Source: Gemmatimonadota bacterium (GTDB lineage: Bacteria; Gemmatimonadota; Gemmatimonadetes; Palauibacterales; Palauibacteraceae). Taken from it: 64,000 bases of DNA. A model generated the notes under the pieces. That model saw only the letters and a program-made list of their open reading frames with translations. It did no database searches and was not told the DNA's origin. This document shows positions 27,023 to 37,568 of the stretch, piece by piece. The stretch is taken from assembly GCA_965116475.1 (NCBI GenBank), contig OZ220691.1, positions 3,520,001 to 3,584,000 on the forward strand. Direction: 5' to 3'. A program made the position numbers and the translations under genes. Numbering within the stretch: the first letter of the stretch is position 1; the number at the start of each line of letters is the position of its first letter.

Positions 27023-28509
27023 TGGAGGCGATCCAGGCCCAGTTGCCGGTCCTGCAGGTCGTCATCCCGCTGCTCGCGGCGCCCCTCTGCATTATCCTGC
27101 GGCGGCGCGCGCTGGTGCTCCCGTTCGCGACGGGCGTGTGCTGGCTCACTTTCCTGGTCTCGGTCGTGCTCCTCGGCGATGTACTCGAGGCGGGCGTCAT
27201 CAGCTACGCATTGGGGGGCTGGGCGGCGCCGTGGGGGATCGAGTACCGGGTCGACGCGCTCGCCGCCTTCGTCCTTCTCTTCGTGTCCGGGATCGCGGCG
27301 CTCGTCCTGACCTACGCGCCGCGCAGCCTGACGGACGAGATTCCGGCCAGCCGGCACTATCTCTTCTGCACCCTCTATCTCCTCTGCCTCACGGGGCTGC
27401 TCGGCATCGCGATCACGGGGGACCTGTTCAACGTCTTCGTCTTCCTCGAGGTCTCGGCGCTTTCCTCCTACGCCCTCATCGCCCTCGGGGGCCGCCGGCA
27501 GGCGCTGCCCGCGGCATTCCAGTACCTCGTGATGGGTACGATCGGGGCCACGTTCATCCTCATCGGCATCGGTCTCATGTACCAGATGACCGGTACGCTG
27601 AACATGGCGGACATGGCGGAACGGCTTCCCGCCGCGGAGGGCGTGCGGACCGCACTGGTCGCCTTCGGCTTCCTTACCGTCGGGATCGCGCTCAAGATGG
27701 CGCTCTTCCCGCTCCACGTCTGGCTCCCGAACGCCTACGCGTACGCGCCGTCCGTCGTGAGCGCCTTCATCGCGGCCACGGCGACGAAGGTCTCCGTCTA
27801 CATCCTGCTGCGCTTCATGTTCAGCGTCTTCGGCCTCGAGTTCTCCTTCGAGCAGCTCGGACTCGGACGCGCGCTCATGCCGCTGGCCCTCGCCGGAATC
27901 TTCGTCGCCTCCACGGTGGCGATCTTCCAGCGCAACGTGAAACGCATGCTCGCCTATTCGTCCGTGGCGCAGATCGGCTACATGGTGCTCGGCATCAGTT
28001 TCGCGACCGCGACGGGGCTCACGGGCGGCATCGTCCACCTGTTCAACCATGCGCTCATCAAGGGCGGGCTCTTCATGGCGATGGGGTGCGTGATGCTGCG
28101 GCTGCACTCGGTCGACCTCGATGACATGGCCGGGGTCGGGCGCAGGATGCCATGGACGATGGCTGCGTGGGCGCTCGGGGGTCTGGGCCTCATCGGGGTC
28201 CCGGCGACGGCGGGCTTCATCAGCAAGTGGTACCTCATCGAGGCGGCGCTGGAGGGGAACAGCCTCATCGTCGCCGTCCTCCTGCTCCTCAGCTCGCTCC
28301 TCGCGCTCGCCTATGTGTGGCGCGTGGTGGAGACCGCCTTCTTCCACGAACCGAGTGAGCGGGCACGCGAGGCGCGCGAGGCGCCGCTCTCGATGCTCGT
28401 TCCGACGTGGGTGCTGCTCGGGGCCACGGTGTTCTTCGGCATCTACACGACGTACTCCGCGGGCGTCGCGCGGCAGGCCGCGGAGGCCGTGCTCGGAGGG
28501 CTCCGGTGA
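27019..28509 (+). CDS. mrpD: Mrp/Mnh antiporter subunit D family
   Basis: GDLFNVFVFLE, KMALFPLHVWLPNAY, KRMLAYSS. Confidence 0.9.
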   Translation: MMEAIQAQLPVLQVVIPLLAAPLCIILRRRALVLPFATGVCWLTFLVSVVLLGDVLEAGVISYALGGWAAPWGIEYRVDALAAFVLLFVSGIAALVLTYAPRSLTDEIPASRHYLFCTLYLLCLTGLLGIAITGDLFNVFVFLEVSALSSYALIALGGRRQALPAAFQYLVMGTIGATFILIGIGLMYQMTGTLNMADMAERLPAAEGVRTALVAFGFLTVGIALKMALFPLHVWLPNAYAYAPSVVSAFIAATATKVSVYILLRFMFSVFGLEFSFEQLGLGRALMPLALAGIFVASTVAIFQRNVKRMLAYSSVAQIGYMVLGISFATATGLTGGIVHLFNHALIKGGLFMAMGCVMLRLHSVDLDDMAGVGRRMPWTMAAWALGGLGLIGVPATAGFISKWYLIEAALEGNSLIVAVLLLLSSLLALAYVWRVVETAFFHEPSERAREAREAPLSMLVPTWVLLGATVFFGIYTTYSAGVARQAAEAVLGGLR

Positions 28510-29969
28510 GCGGCACGGTCCCGATCTACTGGGCGCTGCTGATTCCGCTCGCCGGCGCCGTGCTCATCGCGCTGCTCGGCCGCTGGCCCAACGCGCGGGA
28601 AGCCGTCACGCTCGCCACCGGCGTGGCGCTCTTCTGGTTCGTGACATCGCTCGTGCACCACGTCCTCGCGGGGGCGAACCCCGGCGTCGTCCTGGTGTGG
28701 CTGCTCCCCAGCCTCCCGCTGGTGCTGAGGCTGGAGCCTCTCGGCATGCTCTTCGCCCTGGTGGCCTCCGGGCTCTGGATCGTCACCTCGCTGTACTCGA
28801 TCGGCTACATGCGGGGACACGCGGAGGCGCACCAGACGCGGTTCTACGTCTGCTTCGCGGTCTCCATCTGCGCCGCCATGGGCGTCGCGCTCGCGGGCAA
28901 CCTGTTCACGCTGTTTCTCTTCTACGAGGTGCTGACGCTCTCGACCTACCCGCTCGTCTCGCACCACGGGACGCCGAAGGCGATGAAGGGGGCCCGCACC
29001 TACCTGGGGATTCTCGTCAGCACATCCGTCGCCTTTCTCCTGCTCGCCGTGGCGTGGACCTGGGTGCTTGCGGGCACGCTCGACTTCCGCGTCGGCGGGA
29101 TCCTCGCCGGCCGGGCGAGCGACGGCGTGCTCCTCGTCCTGCTCGCGCTCTTCGTCTTCGGGACGGGGAAGGCCGCCGTCATGCCGGTCCACCGCTGGCT
29201 TCCCGCCGCCATGGTGGCGCCGACGCCGGTGAGCGCGCTCCTGCACGCGGTCGCGGTCGTGAAGGCCGGCGTGTTCACGATCATGAAGGTCGTCATCTAC
29301 ATCTTCGGCCTCGACCTGCTGAGCACGTCGGGGATCAGCGTGTGGCTCATGTACGCCGCCGGTTTCACGGTCATCGCGGGCTCGCTCGTCGCCATGGCGC
29401 AGGACAACCTCAAGCGGCGCCTCGCCTACTCCACCGTGAGCCAGCTCTCCTACATCGTCCTCGGGGCGGCGCTCGCCAACGCCTGGGGCGTGGTCGGCGG
29501 CAGCATGCACATCCTGATGCACGCCTTCGGCAAGATCACCCTCTTCTTTTGCGCGGGCGCGATCTACGTCGCGGCGCACAAAACGGAGATCAGCGACATG
29601 CGCGGGCTGGGCCGCGCGATGCCGATCACGATGGTGGCGTTCCTTATCGGGGCGCTCAGCGTGATCGGCGTCCCGCCCCTCGGCGGGAGCTGGAGCAAGT
29701 GGTACCTGGCGCTCGGGGCGCTCGATGCCGGGCAGATCCTCTTCGTCGCCGTCCTCATGGTCAGTTCGCTGTTGAACATCGCATACCTCATCCCGATCCC
29801 CATCCGCGCCTTCTTCTCGAAGCCCGCGGATGGCTCGGGCCCGCCGCGCTTCAAGGAGGCGCCGGCATTCTGCGTCGCGGCACTCTCGTTCACGGCGCTC
29901 GGCTGCATCGTCCTCTTCTTCCTCGCGGACGATGTGTATCGCCTGCTCGTTCCCCTGGGCGGAGGGTAA
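28506..29969 (+). CDS. Mrp antiporter MrpD/MrpA-like membrane subunit
   Basis: HRWLPAAMVAPTPVSALLHA, KRRLAYSTVSQ. Confidence 0.88.
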   Translation: MSGTVPIYWALLIPLAGAVLIALLGRWPNAREAVTLATGVALFWFVTSLVHHVLAGANPGVVLVWLLPSLPLVLRLEPLGMLFALVASGLWIVTSLYSIGYMRGHAEAHQTRFYVCFAVSICAAMGVALAGNLFTLFLFYEVLTLSTYPLVSHHGTPKAMKGARTYLGILVSTSVAFLLLAVAWTWVLAGTLDFRVGGILAGRASDGVLLVLLALFVFGTGKAAVMPVHRWLPAAMVAPTPVSALLHAVAVVKAGVFTIMKVVIYIFGLDLLSTSGISVWLMYAAGFTVIAGSLVAMAQDNLKRRLAYSTVSQLSYIVLGAALANAWGVVGGSMHILMHAFGKITLFFCAGAIYVAAHKTEISDMRGLGRAMPITMVAFLIGALSVIGVPPLGGSWSKWYLALGALDAGQILFVAVLMVSSLLNIAYLIPIPIRAFFSKPADGSGPPRFKEAPAFCVAALSFTALGCIVLFFLADDVYRLLVPLGGG

Positions 29970-29972
29970 GCC

Positions 29973-30293
29973 ATGGCCGCTGACACGCACGGCACGCACG
30001 ACACGGGCGGACAGGCGACGGACCGGGGCCGGCACTACTTCGACGATCCGAAGCGCTGGAAGCGCCTGATCGCGATCCTGATCGGCGTCTGCGCCGTCGT
30101 CTTCGCGCTCGACCTCGTGAACTTCGTCCAGATGCAAATGGGGTGGCCGGAATTGCGCCACCCGGAGCGCGACTGGGAGGGCTTCCCCGAGTTCTACGCC
30201 GTCTACGGCTTCCTCGCCTACACGGCGATCGTCTACACCGCCAAGGCGCTCCGGAAGGGCGTGATGCGGGATGAGGACTACTATGATCGGTAG
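29973..30293 (+). CDS. Small membrane protein of the mrp operon
   Basis: Two TM helices; C-terminal MRDEDYYD; coupled within the operon. Confidence 0.75.
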   Translation: MAADTHGTHDTGGQATDRGRHYFDDPKRWKRLIAILIGVCAVVFALDLVNFVQMQMGWPELRHPERDWEGFPEFYAVYGFLAYTAIVYTAKALRKGVMRDEDYYDR

Positions 30294-32010
30294 CCTGCCT
30301 CCCGCCGCGGTCATGATCCTCGGGGCGCTGCTCGTACCTCTCCTCCGGGGCCGTGCGCGTACGGGATGGGTCCTCCTCCTGCCCGCCGCGAGCCTCGCCG
30401 CCCTCCTCACGCTGGGGGAAGGGGAGTTCGGGCAGGTCTCGATCTTCTCCTACGAGCTGACCCTCGTCCGGATCGACGGGCTGAGCCGGATCTTCGGGTG
30501 GCTCTTCCACATCGCGGCCTTCATCGGGCTGATCTTCGCGCGGCGCGGGGGAAGCGCGCTGGAGGACGCCGCGGCGCTGGTCTACGCGGGCGCCGCGATC
30601 GGAGCGGCCCAGGCGGGCGACCTGATCACGCTCTTCGTGTTCTGGGAGCTGCTGGCGCTGAGTTCCGTCTTCCTCGTGTGGGCGCGCGGCACCGAACGTT
30701 CCTACCGGGCGGGGATCCGCTACCTCATCGTGCAGGTCGGGTCCGGCGTCGTCCTCCTGGCGGGGATCATCGCGCACGCGCGGGCCACGGGATCCGTCGC
30801 CTTCGAGCACCTGGGGACGGGGACGGCGGGGACGAACCTCATCCTGCTCGGGATCGGGATCAAGGCGGCCTTCCCGCTGCTCCACAACTGGCTTACGGAC
30901 GCCTATCCGGAGGCCACCTACAGCGGCGCCGTCTTCCTGAGCGCCTTCACGACGAAGGTCGCCGTCTACGCCCTGGCTCGGGGATACCAGGGCGAGGATC
31001 TGCTGATCTGGGTCGGCGTCGTCATGACGATGTTCCCGATCTTCTACGCCGTGATCGAGAACGATCTGCGCCGGGTGCTCGGCTACAGCATGATCAACCA
31101 GATCGGCTTCATGGTGTGCGGCGTCGGGATCGGCACCGAGATGGCCGTGAACGGGGCGGTCGCGCACGCCTTCAACGACGTGCTCTTCAAGGGGCTCCTC
31201 TTCATGTCGACGGGGGCCCTGCTATACCGCGCGGGGACGACGAAGTGCAGCGAGCTGGGCGGACTCTACAAGAGCATGCCGAAGACGGCAGGCCTGTGCG
31301 TGGTCGGCGCCGCCTCCATCTCCGCCTTCCCCCTCTTCAGCGGGTTCGTGAGCAAGTCGATGGTGATGGCGGCCGCGCTGGAGATGAACCTCGACGTCGT
31401 GTGGCTCTTCCTCCTCTTCGCCTCGGCCGGCGTGCTGCACCACGCGGGGATCAAGATCCCCTTCTACGGCTTCTTCGGGCCCGATTCCGGCATCCGCACG
31501 AAGGAGGCGCCGACGAGCATGCTCATCGCGATGGGGCTGGCCGCCTTCCTGTGCGTCCTCAACGGGTCGTGGCCGACGCTGTTCCTGTATCCGAACCTGC
31601 CGTACGAGGTGACGTACGTACCGTTCACCAAGGCGCACGTGATCAGCCAGCTGCAGCTGCTCTTCTTTGCGGTCCTCGCCTTCGTGTGGCTCCGGCTCAC
31701 CGACCGGGAGCCGCACGAGCTGCCCTCGACGAACCTGGACGCGGACTGGTTCTACCGCCGCTTCGGGAGAGGGGTGGCGCTCGCGGCCGGGGGCGTCGCG
31801 TCCCGGCTGCGGGATGCCGTGGCCGCGCGCACGGTGGCCGCGGCGGGCGGCGCGATCGGATCGGCGCGGCGCTACATGGGGCCGACCGGGGTGCTGGGAC
31901 GCACCTGGCCCACCGGTACCTCCGTCATCTGGGTCGCCATCCTGCTCCTGGTCTTCCTGCTCCTCTACTACGCGAGTACCCCGCTCACGGGCGCCCCGCC
32001 GCCGCCATGA
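30283..32010 (+). CDS. Na+/H+ antiporter subunit D-like protein
   Basis: HNWLTDAYPEAT, FTTKVAVY, LRRVLGYS, HAFNDVLFKGLLF. Confidence 0.88.
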   Translation: MIGSLPPAAVMILGALLVPLLRGRARTGWVLLLPAASLAALLTLGEGEFGQVSIFSYELTLVRIDGLSRIFGWLFHIAAFIGLIFARRGGSALEDAAALVYAGAAIGAAQAGDLITLFVFWELLALSSVFLVWARGTERSYRAGIRYLIVQVGSGVVLLAGIIAHARATGSVAFEHLGTGTAGTNLILLGIGIKAAFPLLHNWLTDAYPEATYSGAVFLSAFTTKVAVYALARGYQGEDLLIWVGVVMTMFPIFYAVIENDLRRVLGYSMINQIGFMVCGVGIGTEMAVNGAVAHAFNDVLFKGLLFMSTGALLYRAGTTKCSELGGLYKSMPKTAGLCVVGAASISAFPLFSGFVSKSMVMAAALEMNLDVVWLFLLFASAGVLHHAGIKIPFYGFFGPDSGIRTKEAPTSMLIAMGLAAFLCVLNGSWPTLFLYPNLPYEVTYVPFTKAHVISQLQLLFFAVLAFVWLRLTDREPHELPSTNLDADWFYRRFGRGVALAAGGVASRLRDAVAARTVAAAGGAIGSARRYMGPTGVLGRTWPTGTSVIWVAILLLVFLLLYYASTPLTGAPPPP

Positions 32011-32447
32011 CGAAGTCGGGCGCGGCGCGGACGGACGGGGCTCGGGATGCGGACGCCCGAGCCCTCATCGAATCCATCCTCGCCGGCTCGGAGGCGATCG
32101 TCGCGCTCGGCGTCACGCTCGAGGAGTTGGGCGAGGACACCGCGGTCCTCAGGATGACCATGCATCCCGACCTTACCCGCGACGGCACGATGTATCACGG
32201 CGGTCCGGTCGCGTCGCTGATCGACATCGCCGGGGACATGGTCGTGGCCGTTCGGGCCGGAGGCGGGGTCCCGACGATCTCGCTGCGGGTCGACTACCTG
32301 CGCCCCTGCACCGGCCCGTACCTGTTGGCCACGGCCCGCCTGCGGCGTCACGGCCGTACGATCTCCGTGTCGGACATCGACGTGCACGACGACAAGGGGC
32401 GCCTCTGCGCGGTCGGACGCGGGACCTACTCATCGCTGGTAGGCTGA
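32007..32447 (+). CDS. PaaI family thioesterase
   Basis: HGGPVASLID, LRVDYLRP. Confidence 0.88.
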   Translation: MTKSGAARTDGARDADARALIESILAGSEAIVALGVTLEELGEDTAVLRMTMHPDLTRDGTMYHGGPVASLIDIAGDMVVAVRAGGGVPTISLRVDYLRPCTGPYLLATARLRRHGRTISVSDIDVHDDKGRLCAVGRGTYSSLVG

Positions 32448-32451
32448 TGCG

Positions 32452-33462
32452 GTGAAAGCGGCCCTGTACGACCGGCACGGCGACGCCGACCAACTCTACG
32501 TGGGCGAGGTCCCCGACCCCGAACCCGCGTCCGGGGAAGCCCTGGTCCGGATCCGGGCCTGCGGGCTGAACGGCTTCGATCCGATGATGCTCGGCGGCAC
32601 CACGGGGCTGCGGGTCCCGCTCCCCATGACGCCGTGCGGCGACGCGGCGGGAGAGATCGCGGGCTTCGAGCCCGGGACGGACGCGGTCGGCCGGCGGGTC
32701 GGGGACCGCGTGCTGGTCGACCCGTTGATCGAGGGCCGCGGCATGCTGGGCGAGAAGACTCCGGGCGCGGCCGCCGAGTACCTGGCCGTTCCCCTCGAGA
32801 ATCTGCTGCCGGTTCCCGACGGCGTCTCGTTCGAGCAGGCCGCCGCCCTGCCCGTCGCGTACGGGACCGCGCTGCGCATGATCGAGGACCGCGCCCGGGT
32901 GCGGCCGGGCGAGACCGTGCTGGTCCTGGGCGCGACGGGCGGTGTGGGCTGCGGCTGCATCCAGCTCTGCAAGCGAATCGGGGCGCGGGTCATCGCCACC
33001 GGCGGTTCCGGATGGAAGCTGGAGCGGCTCCGTACGCTGGGGGCCGATCACGTGCTGCCCTCCGATTCCACCGAACTCGTGCGGCGGGTGGGCGAGATCG
33101 CGGGCCGGCCCCGCTACCACGATCCCGACGCCGGCGGCGTGGATGTGGTGATCAACTACATCGGCGGGACCTCGTGGGCGGTCAGCCTGAAGATGCTGCG
33201 CTTCCAGGGCCGCATGGTCACCTGCGGGGCGACCGCCGGCTACGACCCGCCCACGGACATTCGCTACATCTGGAGCTTCGAGCAGTCGATCATCGGATCG
33301 GACGGGTGGAGCCGCGATGGCCTGGCGCGCCTGCTCGACATGGTGGCGGCCGGCGAACTCGACCCGGTCATCCACGCCGTCAGACCGGTCGATGAGATCC
33401 GCACCGCGATGCGCGAACTGATGGAGCGCGCCGTATTCGGAAAATCGATTCTGACTCCGTGA
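32452..33462 (+). CDS. MDR/zinc-binding dehydrogenase (quinone oxidoreductase-like)
   Basis: AAALPVAYGTA, GATGGVG Rossmann motif, GKSILTP. Confidence 0.88.
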   Translation: MKAALYDRHGDADQLYVGEVPDPEPASGEALVRIRACGLNGFDPMMLGGTTGLRVPLPMTPCGDAAGEIAGFEPGTDAVGRRVGDRVLVDPLIEGRGMLGEKTPGAAAEYLAVPLENLLPVPDGVSFEQAAALPVAYGTALRMIEDRARVRPGETVLVLGATGGVGCGCIQLCKRIGARVIATGGSGWKLERLRTLGADHVLPSDSTELVRRVGEIAGRPRYHDPDAGGVDVVINYIGGTSWAVSLKMLRFQGRMVTCGATAGYDPPTDIRYIWSFEQSIIGSDGWSRDGLARLLDMVAAGELDPVIHAVRPVDEIRTAMRELMERAVFGKSILTP

Positions 33463-34799
33463 ACTATCCGATCGCCCGCAAGATCCCGCGGGCGGTCCTG
33501 GACGCCGAAGCCGACCGGTTGGCGGCGCTCGCCGACGCGCCGCTGCCCCGGAAGCTCGGCGGCTACGCGCGTCTGGCCGGGCCGGGGTTCATGGGGGCGG
33601 CCCTCACGCTCGGCGCCGGTACGCTCACCTCCTCGATGCTGTCGGGCGCCACCTTCGGCTACCGGACCTTGTGGCTCATCTGGCTGAGCGCGGGGCTGGG
33701 CCTGTTCATGATGGCCGCGATGGCCCGTTTCACCTGCAGGGGCGGCTTCCGCGTCATCCCGGTACAGAACCGACGCCATTCATGGGTCATCGGGTCGCTG
33801 ATGACCGGACTCGTCGGCACCGCCGCGGTCGCCGTGATCTTCAACTTCGGCCAGGTGGCGCTCGGCACCCATCTCATCGAGTCGCTGGCGCCGTTCGCCG
33901 GCTTCGCGTTCCCCGCCGAGTACAACTGGCTCATCTACTGTGGGGTCACGAGCGCGCTCATCCTCAGCTACGGGCGCCGGGGAGGCCGGGGGACGCGGCT
34001 CGTCGAGGCGATCATGAAGAGCGGTATCGCCGTCATGATCCTCGCGTTCGGCGCCGTGCTGCTGGTGGTGGGCGTCGACTGGGACGCGGCGGCGCGCGGC
34101 TTCTTCATCCCGTGGCTGCCCCGCGGCGGGGAGGGCCTGGACCTCTTCATCGCGTCGTCCGCCGCCGCCGTGGGTGTCATGGACTGGGTCTTCTTCCACT
34201 ACGCGGGACTCGGTCGGGGCTGGGGGCGGAAGCACGAATCGCTGGCCCGCTTCGACCTGATCGCCGGGCTCTTCCTCCCGTTCGTGGTCATCAACTTCCT
34301 GATGATCGGAGTGTTCGCGGCGACGCTGTTTCCGCAGGGGATCACGCCGGACTCGGCGCCCGAACTGGCGGCCGCGCTCATGCCGCTCCTCGGGCCCAGG
34401 TGGTCGCAGATCCTCTTCTACGCGGGCTTCCTGGCCGTGCCGATCACGACGACGGTCGGGATGAGTCTTGCCGGGGCGATGGCCGTCCACGAGGCCTTCG
34501 GCTGGGAGCCCGACACGTCGTCGTGGCGCTGGAAGGTCAGCGCGCTGCTGCCACAGGTCGCCTTTCTGGCCGCCTGGAACGCCCGTCCGGTCTGGCTCGT
34601 GATCGCGATCGCGGCCTTTCTCTCGCTGGCGAACAACGTTGTCGGATGGTCGATGTACCTGCTGCTGAACGACCGCGAACTCCTCGGCGCGGACCGCTGC
34701 CGGTCCTACCTGTGGAACCTCGGGATCCTGCTCCAGGTGACCCTCCTGAACGCGATCGCCGTCACCTACGTCTTCAACCGGCTGGGGTGGTGGCGATGA
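33459..34799 (+). CDS. NRAMP-related transporter
   Basis: GPGFMGAALTLGAG...GATFGYRTLW; ~11 TM helices. Confidence 0.75.
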   Translation: MNYPIARKIPRAVLDAEADRLAALADAPLPRKLGGYARLAGPGFMGAALTLGAGTLTSSMLSGATFGYRTLWLIWLSAGLGLFMMAAMARFTCRGGFRVIPVQNRRHSWVIGSLMTGLVGTAAVAVIFNFGQVALGTHLIESLAPFAGFAFPAEYNWLIYCGVTSALILSYGRRGGRGTRLVEAIMKSGIAVMILAFGAVLLVVGVDWDAAARGFFIPWLPRGGEGLDLFIASSAAAVGVMDWVFFHYAGLGRGWGRKHESLARFDLIAGLFLPFVVINFLMIGVFAATLFPQGITPDSAPELAAALMPLLGPRWSQILFYAGFLAVPITTTVGMSLAGAMAVHEAFGWEPDTSSWRWKVSALLPQVAFLAAWNARPVWLVIAIAAFLSLANNVVGWSMYLLLNDRELLGADRCRSYLWNLGILLQVTLLNAIAVTYVFNRLGWWR

Positions 34800-35020
34800 G
34801 CGCCGTGGACCGGCTTCTCGAACGACGGACCGGACCCTGGTCTGGCCGGGTATGGGGACTCGTGCTCAACCTGGTTGCCAACGGGGTGGCGCTGTGGGGC
34901 GTCTCGTCGGTCATGCGGACGGGAGGCGGCTGGATGTGGGTCGTCGTCGGCTGCGCCGCCACGGTCGCCTGCATCGCCGTGCTCGTGCGCCCTTCGCGGT
35001 CTCCGGGGTCGGAGGAGTGA
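34796..35020 (+). CDS. Small two-TM membrane protein
   Basis: ATGA/GTGA overlaps with both neighbours. Confidence 0.65.
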   Translation: MSAVDRLLERRTGPWSGRVWGLVLNLVANGVALWGVSSVMRTGGGWMWVVVGCAATVACIAVLVRPSRSPGSEE

Positions 35021-36609
35021 GCGGCGCCGGGCCGAGCGACCGATCGCGCGGCCGCGATGCCAGCCTCGGATACTGGCTCCGCGATGCCGCCGAGGCCTTC
35101 CCCGACCGCGTCGCGCTCATCGACCTCTCGCGGCCCATCCCCCGCGAGGTCACGTACGCCGAACTTGACGAGCGGATGGATCGCGTTGCCAACGTGCTTT
35201 CGGATGCCGGAGTCGGGCCCGGCGACCGCTTTGCGCTGAGCGTCGGCAACCGCTTCGAGTTCGTCGAAATCCTCTTCGGGGGGATGCGCTGCGGGGCGGT
35301 CCCGGTACCCCTCAACTTCAAGCTGTCGGAGGCGTCGCTCGCCCACATCGTCCGGGACGCGGCCTGCCGGGCCGCTTTCGTCGAGACCGCCCTGACCGAA
35401 CGCTCGGCCGCGGTCGTCGAACAGTCGGAGATCGAGAGAAGGTGGGACGTCGGAGACGCCGGCCGGAGGCACGAGCGGGGAAGCGCCGGCTGGCCGGACT
35501 ACGAGCGCGCGCTCGCCGGATCGTCGGCCCGCTTCGACCCCCCGAGACTGGCGGCCGGCCACCCGGCGTTTCAGCCCTACACGTCGGGGTCGACCGGCAA
35601 GCCCAAGGGTGTCGTTCTTTCCCACGAGGGCCAGCTCTGGTGGGTGCGCTGCCTGCGGAAGTACTGGCCGGCCGACCCGGCCGACCGCGCTCTGGTCGCC
35701 GTACCCCTCTACCACAAGAACGCGATGGCCGGAGCCATCAAGCCGCTGCTGCAGGCCGGGGCTTCGGTCGTGGTTCTGCCCGGCTTCTCCCCGAAATCCT
35801 TCCTGCGGGCCCTCAGCGAGTATCGGTGTACGCAGGTGGGCGCCGTCCCCGCCGTGTTCGCGATGGTCCTGGATCGCATGGACCTGATCGCGGAGTTGGA
35901 TTTCTCGGCGCTCCGGAAGGTCACGCTGGGCTCCGCCCCGGTGCAGCCCGAACTGATGCGCGCGGTCGAGCGCGCGTTCGACGTTGAAGTGGGCGAGAGC
36001 TACGGGCTCACAGAGGGCGGACCGGTCATGATCGGACCTGCGACCGACGGACGCCCGACACCCAGGGGAAGCTGCGGCACGGCGTGGCCCGAGGGAGAGA
36101 TCAGGCTCGTGCGCGACGGCCGCGAGGATCCGGAGTACGGAGAGTTGTGGGTCCGGAATCCCGGCGTCACGACCGGCTATCACAACCTGCCCGACGTCAA
36201 CGCGGCCCGGATCCGGGACGGCTGGCTTGCCACGGGCGACCTCTTCTTCCGCGACGGGGAGGGCTTCTACTACTTCCGCGGCCGCACCGACGACATGTTC
36301 AACTCAGGCGGCGAGAACATCTATCCCAAGGAGGTGGAGGACCTGCTGCTCTCGCATCCCGATGTCCGCGACGCGGCCGTCGTGCCCGTGCCCCACGCCC
36401 TCAAGGGCGCGGTCCCGGCCGCGGTGGTCAGCCTCGGAGCGGGGGCTGGCGTCACGGCCGAATCGCTCAAGCGTTACACGCTCGAGCGGGGACCGGCGTA
36501 CGCGCATCCCCGGCGCATCGCGATCGTGCAGGAGCTGCCGCTCACCGGCGTGGGGAAGGTCGACCGGGCGGCGATTCTCGGCGTGCTGGGACACGCCGAC
36601 GGAGGGTGA
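35017..36609 (+). CDS. Class I adenylate-forming enzyme (acyl-CoA ligase)
   Basis: YTSGSTGKPKG, YGLTE, WLATGD, GGENIYP, GKVDR. Confidence 0.92.
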   Translation: MSGAGPSDRSRGRDASLGYWLRDAAEAFPDRVALIDLSRPIPREVTYAELDERMDRVANVLSDAGVGPGDRFALSVGNRFEFVEILFGGMRCGAVPVPLNFKLSEASLAHIVRDAACRAAFVETALTERSAAVVEQSEIERRWDVGDAGRRHERGSAGWPDYERALAGSSARFDPPRLAAGHPAFQPYTSGSTGKPKGVVLSHEGQLWWVRCLRKYWPADPADRALVAVPLYHKNAMAGAIKPLLQAGASVVVLPGFSPKSFLRALSEYRCTQVGAVPAVFAMVLDRMDLIAELDFSALRKVTLGSAPVQPELMRAVERAFDVEVGESYGLTEGGPVMIGPATDGRPTPRGSCGTAWPEGEIRLVRDGREDPEYGELWVRNPGVTTGYHNLPDVNAARIRDGWLATGDLFFRDGEGFYYFRGRTDDMFNSGGENIYPKEVEDLLLSHPDVRDAAVVPVPHALKGAVPAAVVSLGAGAGVTAESLKRYTLERGPAYAHPRRIAIVQELPLTGVGKVDRAAILGVLGHADGG

Positions 36610-37568
36610 ACGCCCCGCTCGTGGTCGGGGCTCGGCGGTCGCCGCTCTCCCGCGCGCAGGCCGCCTGGGTGGGCGAACGGCTGCGCGAACGGTGGCGCGG
36701 GTTGTCCGTCGAATACCGGTTCATCTCCACCGCCGGGGACCGGGATCGCGGGACGCCGCTTCCGGAGATCGGAGGGAAGGGGCTGTTCACCGAAGACCTC
36801 GAACGCGCGCTCCGCGAGGGGGACATCGACGTCGCGGTGCATTCCCTGAAGGACCTGCCGGCGGACCTCCCGAATGGGTTGATGCTGGGGGCGATCCCTT
36901 CCCGTGAAGATGCCCGCGACGTGCTCGTGGTCCGGGATTCCCCGGTCTCCGCGCCGCGGAGCGCCGATGGACGCGACCTCCTGCGACTCCTCCCCTCCGG
37001 GGCACGCGTCGGCACGTCATCGCTGCGCCGCGCCGCGCAGTTGCGCGTCGTCCGCGCCGACCTCGAGCCGCGGCCGATCCGCGGGAATGTCGACACGCGG
37101 CTCCGCAAGCTGGAGGAGGGCCGCTTCGAAGCGCTGGTCCTGGCGGCGGCCGGGCTGCGGCGCCTCGGGCTGTGGCCCCGCGGCGCCCACGCCCTGGATG
37201 AGAGCTGGCTGCCGGCCCCCGGGCAGGGCGCGCTCGGGCTCCAGTGTCGAGCCGGCGAGGATGACATGGCTGCCCGCGTCCGGGCGCTCGACGATCCGGC
37301 CGCCCGAGCGGAGGTGACCGCCGAGCGGGCGCTCCTGGCGGCGCTCGAGGGGGGGTGCCGCGTCCCCATCGCCGCCCGTGCTTCACTGCAGGGGGAGGAT
37401 CTTCTGCTGCGCGCGGCCGTCTACGATGTGGGCGGCGGCCCGCCGCTCGAGGCGGCCGACACGGGGTCGCGCGCTTCGGCCGGCATGCTCGGTCGCCGGT
37501 TGGCGGAACAGTTGCTGGAGGCGGGGGCGTCCGGCCTCGTGGAGCGTGCGCGGCGGGTCAGTCCGTGA
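36606..37568 (+). CDS. hemC: Hydroxymethylbilane synthase
   Basis: GGKGLFT, AVHSLKDLP, GTSSLRR, LEGGC cofactor Cys. Confidence 0.96.
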   Translation: MNAPLVVGARRSPLSRAQAAWVGERLRERWRGLSVEYRFISTAGDRDRGTPLPEIGGKGLFTEDLERALREGDIDVAVHSLKDLPADLPNGLMLGAIPSREDARDVLVVRDSPVSAPRSADGRDLLRLLPSGARVGTSSLRRAAQLRVVRADLEPRPIRGNVDTRLRKLEEGRFEALVLAAAGLRRLGLWPRGAHALDESWLPAPGQGALGLQCRAGEDDMAARVRALDDPAARAEVTAERALLAALEGGCRVPIAARASLQGEDLLLRAAVYDVGGGPPLEAADTGSRASAGMLGRRLAEQLLEAGASGLVERARRVSP

